From the sequence record DRR723986_4629: a stretch of 53,187 nucleotides of DNA; one strand, written 5' to 3'. Numbering within the stretch: position 1 is the first letter of the stretch; every line of letters begins with the position of its first letter. Shown in pieces: positions 50,775 to 53,187 of this stretch. Under the pieces are notes generated by a model. It was not told the DNA's origin, searched no databases, and saw only the letters and a program-made list of their open reading frames with translations. Position numbers and translations under genes: made by a program.

Positions 50775-53180
50775 TTAGTTACGCACTGGCTTGCCGGTTT
50801 GCAGCATGCCCATGATTCGTTCTTGTGTCTTGGGGTTGTCGAGCAACTTCACGAAGTGCTTGCGTTCCAGGTTCAGGAACCATTCTTCATCCACCAAGGA
50901 GCCAGTTTCAATTTCGCCACCACACACCACTTCGGCAATCACACAGCCCAAGTGGAAGTCGTAAGCGGAGATGAAACCGCCGTCGCGCATGTTGACCAGT
51001 TGCGCCTTGATGGTGGCGTAGCCTGATTTACCGGCGGCGGGTACGCCCTTGATTTTGTGGGGTGGACGATAGCCGCTGTCGAACATGGCGCGAGCACGTG
51101 AAATGGCGACATACAGCAGTTCATGGCTGTTAAATACGATGGTGTCGGATTCCTTGATGAAACCAAGGTCGCGACATTCCATGGCCGATGTGCCCACCTT
51201 GGCGGTTGCTGCGGTCATGAAGCCGTCTTTCAGGAAAGCCAATACATCGGATGAACCTGCTTTTTGAGCAGCCAGGCCAGCGTTGATCGCGATTTCCTTC
51301 AAGCCACCACCGCCGGGAATCAGGCCAACGCCCACTTCCACCAGACCCATGTAGCTTTCCAGGTTTGCAACGCGTGCAGCACAGTGAATTGCGAATTCGC
51401 AGCCACCACCCAAGGCCAGGCCAGTTACAGCAGCCACGGTGGGTACTTGTGCATACTTCAGCGCAGCAGTGCCTTTCTGGAATTCTGCCACCATGGGTTC
51501 GATGGCCTTGCCGCCACCCTGCATGAATGCAGGCAACATGGCTTGCAAATCGGCACCTGCGGAGAAGGGCTCATCCGGGCTCCACAACACCAAACCTTTG
51601 TAGCTCTTCTCGGCCAAGGCAATGGCCTCGTGCGTGCCGGTGATCACATCGGGACCAATGGCGTGCATTTTGGTTTTGATCGACAAGATCAACACATCAT
51701 CATGACCTGGAGCTGTCCAAATGCGAACTGCATCGTTTTCTTTGATGGTGGTGCCACCGTTGTGGCCAGTCACGGTTGTTTCGCCCAATACTTTGGCGCG
51801 GAAAATTTGGCGCTTGTAGACAGGCAGATCCTTGCGAGCAACAAAAGAATTGCTGGCAGGGCTGAATGCGCCAGCTGTGCTGTACACACCGCCGTTGTCG
51901 GCCACTGGGCCTTCGAACACCCATGCGGGCAACGGTGCATTGCACAGGGCTTCGCCCGCATCAATGTCAGCCTTCACCCATTCGGCAACCTGCTTCCAGC
52001 CAGCCGCTTGCCAGGTTTCGAATGGACCCTCTGTCCAGCCGTAACCCCAGCGCAACGAGAAATCGATGTCGCGGGCGGTGTCTGCAATTTCGTTCAGGTG
52101 GAATGCGATGTAGTGGAATGCATCACGGAAAATCGCCCACAGGAATTTGGCTTGTGGGTGCTCGGAAGCACGCAGAGCAGCCATGCGTTCTGCCACATTG
52201 CGGTTCTTCAGAATTTTCAATACGGCTTCATCGGCTTTGCCTTCAGAGGGCACGTAGCTGCTGGAGTTCGCATCGAACACCATGATCTGCTTGCCTTCTT
52301 TCTTGAAAAAACCACCCTTGGTTTTTTGACCCAAGGCGCCTTTTTCTACCAGCGTTTTCAACACGGCGGGTGTGGCATAGCTGGGTGCAAACGGATCGTT
52401 GGGCAAAGTGTTTTGCATGGTTGCAATCACATGGCCCATGGTGTCCAGGCCCACCACATCCGCAGTGCGGAAGGTGGCTGATTTTGCTCGACCCAGCTTG
52501 GATCCTGTCAGTTGGTCCACGATGTCGAATGGAATACCGTACTTCTGCGCTTCAGCCATGGTGGCCAGCATGCCAGCCACGCCCACGCGGTTGGCCACGA
52601 AGTTGGGTGTGTCTTTGGCAGTAATGATGCCCTTGCCCAAGGTGGTGGTCAGGAAGGTTTCCAGATTGTCCAGAATGTCCTGACGTGTGGTGCTCAATGG
52701 AATCAGTTCACACAGGTGCATGTAGCGGGGTGGGTTGAAGAAGTGAACGCCACAGAAACGGGCTTTCAAATCTGCATCAAAACCTTCGCTGAGCTTGGAA
52801 ATGCTCAAGCCCGATGTGTTGGTTGCAAAAATGGCAGTGGCATTGATGTGCGGTGCCACTTTTTTGTACAGGTCGTGTTTCCAGTCCATGCGCTCGGCAA
52901 TCGCCTCAATCACCAGGTCGCAGCCTTGCAGCAATTCCAGGTGCTCTTCGTAGTTGGCGGCTTGCACATATTGCGCAACGTCTTTCGCGCCAAACGGAGC
53001 TGGTTTCAGTTTGGTCAGGTTCAAGATGGCTTTGTCTACGATGCCGTTCTTGGGGCCTTCCTTGGCGGGCAGGTCAAACAGCACCACAGGCACTTTGGCA
53101 TTGGCACAGTGGGCAGCAATTTGTGCACCCATCACGCCAGCGCCGAGCACGGCGACTTTGCGAACGATGAAATTGGACAC
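50775..53180 (-). CDS. 3-hydroxyacyl-CoA dehydrogenase / enoyl-CoA hydratase fusion (FadN-type domain order)
   Basis: GAGVMG, HFFNPPRYM and TPNFVANR motifs, a C-terminal crotonase domain (FSAGADL, LGGGCE) and a GKPVRN end. Confidence 0.92.
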   Translation of the reverse strand: MSNFIVRKVAVLGAGVMGAQIAAHCANAKVPVVLFDLPAKEGPKNGIVDKAILNLTKLKPAPFGAKDVAQYVQAANYEEHLELLQGCDLVIEAIAERMDWKHDLYKKVAPHINATAIFATNTSGLSISKLSEGFDADLKARFCGVHFFNPPRYMHLCELIPLSTTRQDILDNLETFLTTTLGKGIITAKDTPNFVANRVGVAGMLATMAEAQKYGIPFDIVDQLTGSKLGRAKSATFRTADVVGLDTMGHVIATMQNTLPNDPFAPSYATPAVLKTLVEKGALGQKTKGGFFKKEGKQIMVFDANSSSYVPSEGKADEAVLKILKNRNVAERMAALRASEHPQAKFLWAIFRDAFHYIAFHLNEIADTARDIDFSLRWGYGWTEGPFETWQAAGWKQVAEWVKADIDAGEALCNAPLPAWVFEGPVADNGGVYSTAGAFSPASNSFVARKDLPVYKRQIFRAKVLGETTVTGHNGGTTIKENDAVRIWTAPGHDDVLILSIKTKMHAIGPDVITGTHEAIALAEKSYKGLVLWSPDEPFSAGADLQAMLPAFMQGGGKAIEPMVAEFQKGTAALKYAQVPTVAAVTGLALGGGCEFAIHCAARVANLESYMGLVEVGVGLIPGGGGLKEIAINAGLAAQKAGSSDVLAFLKDGFMTAATAKVGTSAMECRDLGFIKESDTIVFNSHELLYVAISRARAMFDSGYRPPHKIKGVPAAGKSGYATIKAQLVNMRDGGFISAYDFHLGCVIAEVVCGGEIETGSLVDEEWFLNLERKHFVKLLDNPKTQERIMGMLQTGKPVRN

Positions 53181-53187
53181 GCGTGTC

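Noticed and set aside
51264..52481. 405 aa plus-strand ORF and similar long antisense ORFs (e.g. 35275-36018, 26956-27603)
   Set aside because: Shadow ORFs opposite well-supported genes, with no motifs.

Overview
A 53 kb stretch of core chromosome from a Betaproteobacterium (Burkholderiales). GC looks to be in the low 50s %, and gene style suggests Limnobacter; the taxon is an inference. Left to right: split transhydrogenase pntB-pntAB-pntAA; cobalamin-riboswitch-controlled btuB-btuF; NUDIX-mnmA; GST; purB; a five-gene type IV minor-pilin cluster in non-canonical order; a PilZ/YcgR-like gene; secF-secD-yajC; msrA; a long minus-strand run (ilvE, zinc finger, waaF, purU, SnoaL, YheT, DUF2946, HtrA, tcdA); TetR-pcm-tolC; waaA-waaC and a GT2; gltLKJI-aspA-LysR-ATM1-like exporter; SDR and thioesterase; GntR-tctABC; small hypothetical genes; a membrane-fused PQQ sugar dehydrogenase; and a beta-oxidation cluster. 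I found no mobile elements, CRISPR arrays, rRNAs or tRNAs. The best candidates for something undescribed are (i) an unexplained ~310 bp, ~60% GC spacer between the convergent GT2 and gltL genes and (ii) the pilY1-less minor-pilin cluster with degenerate prepilin motifs and a polyproline-tailed PilX-like protein, next to a c-di-GMP effector gene. Product calls come from recognising motifs by eye; no database searches were run.
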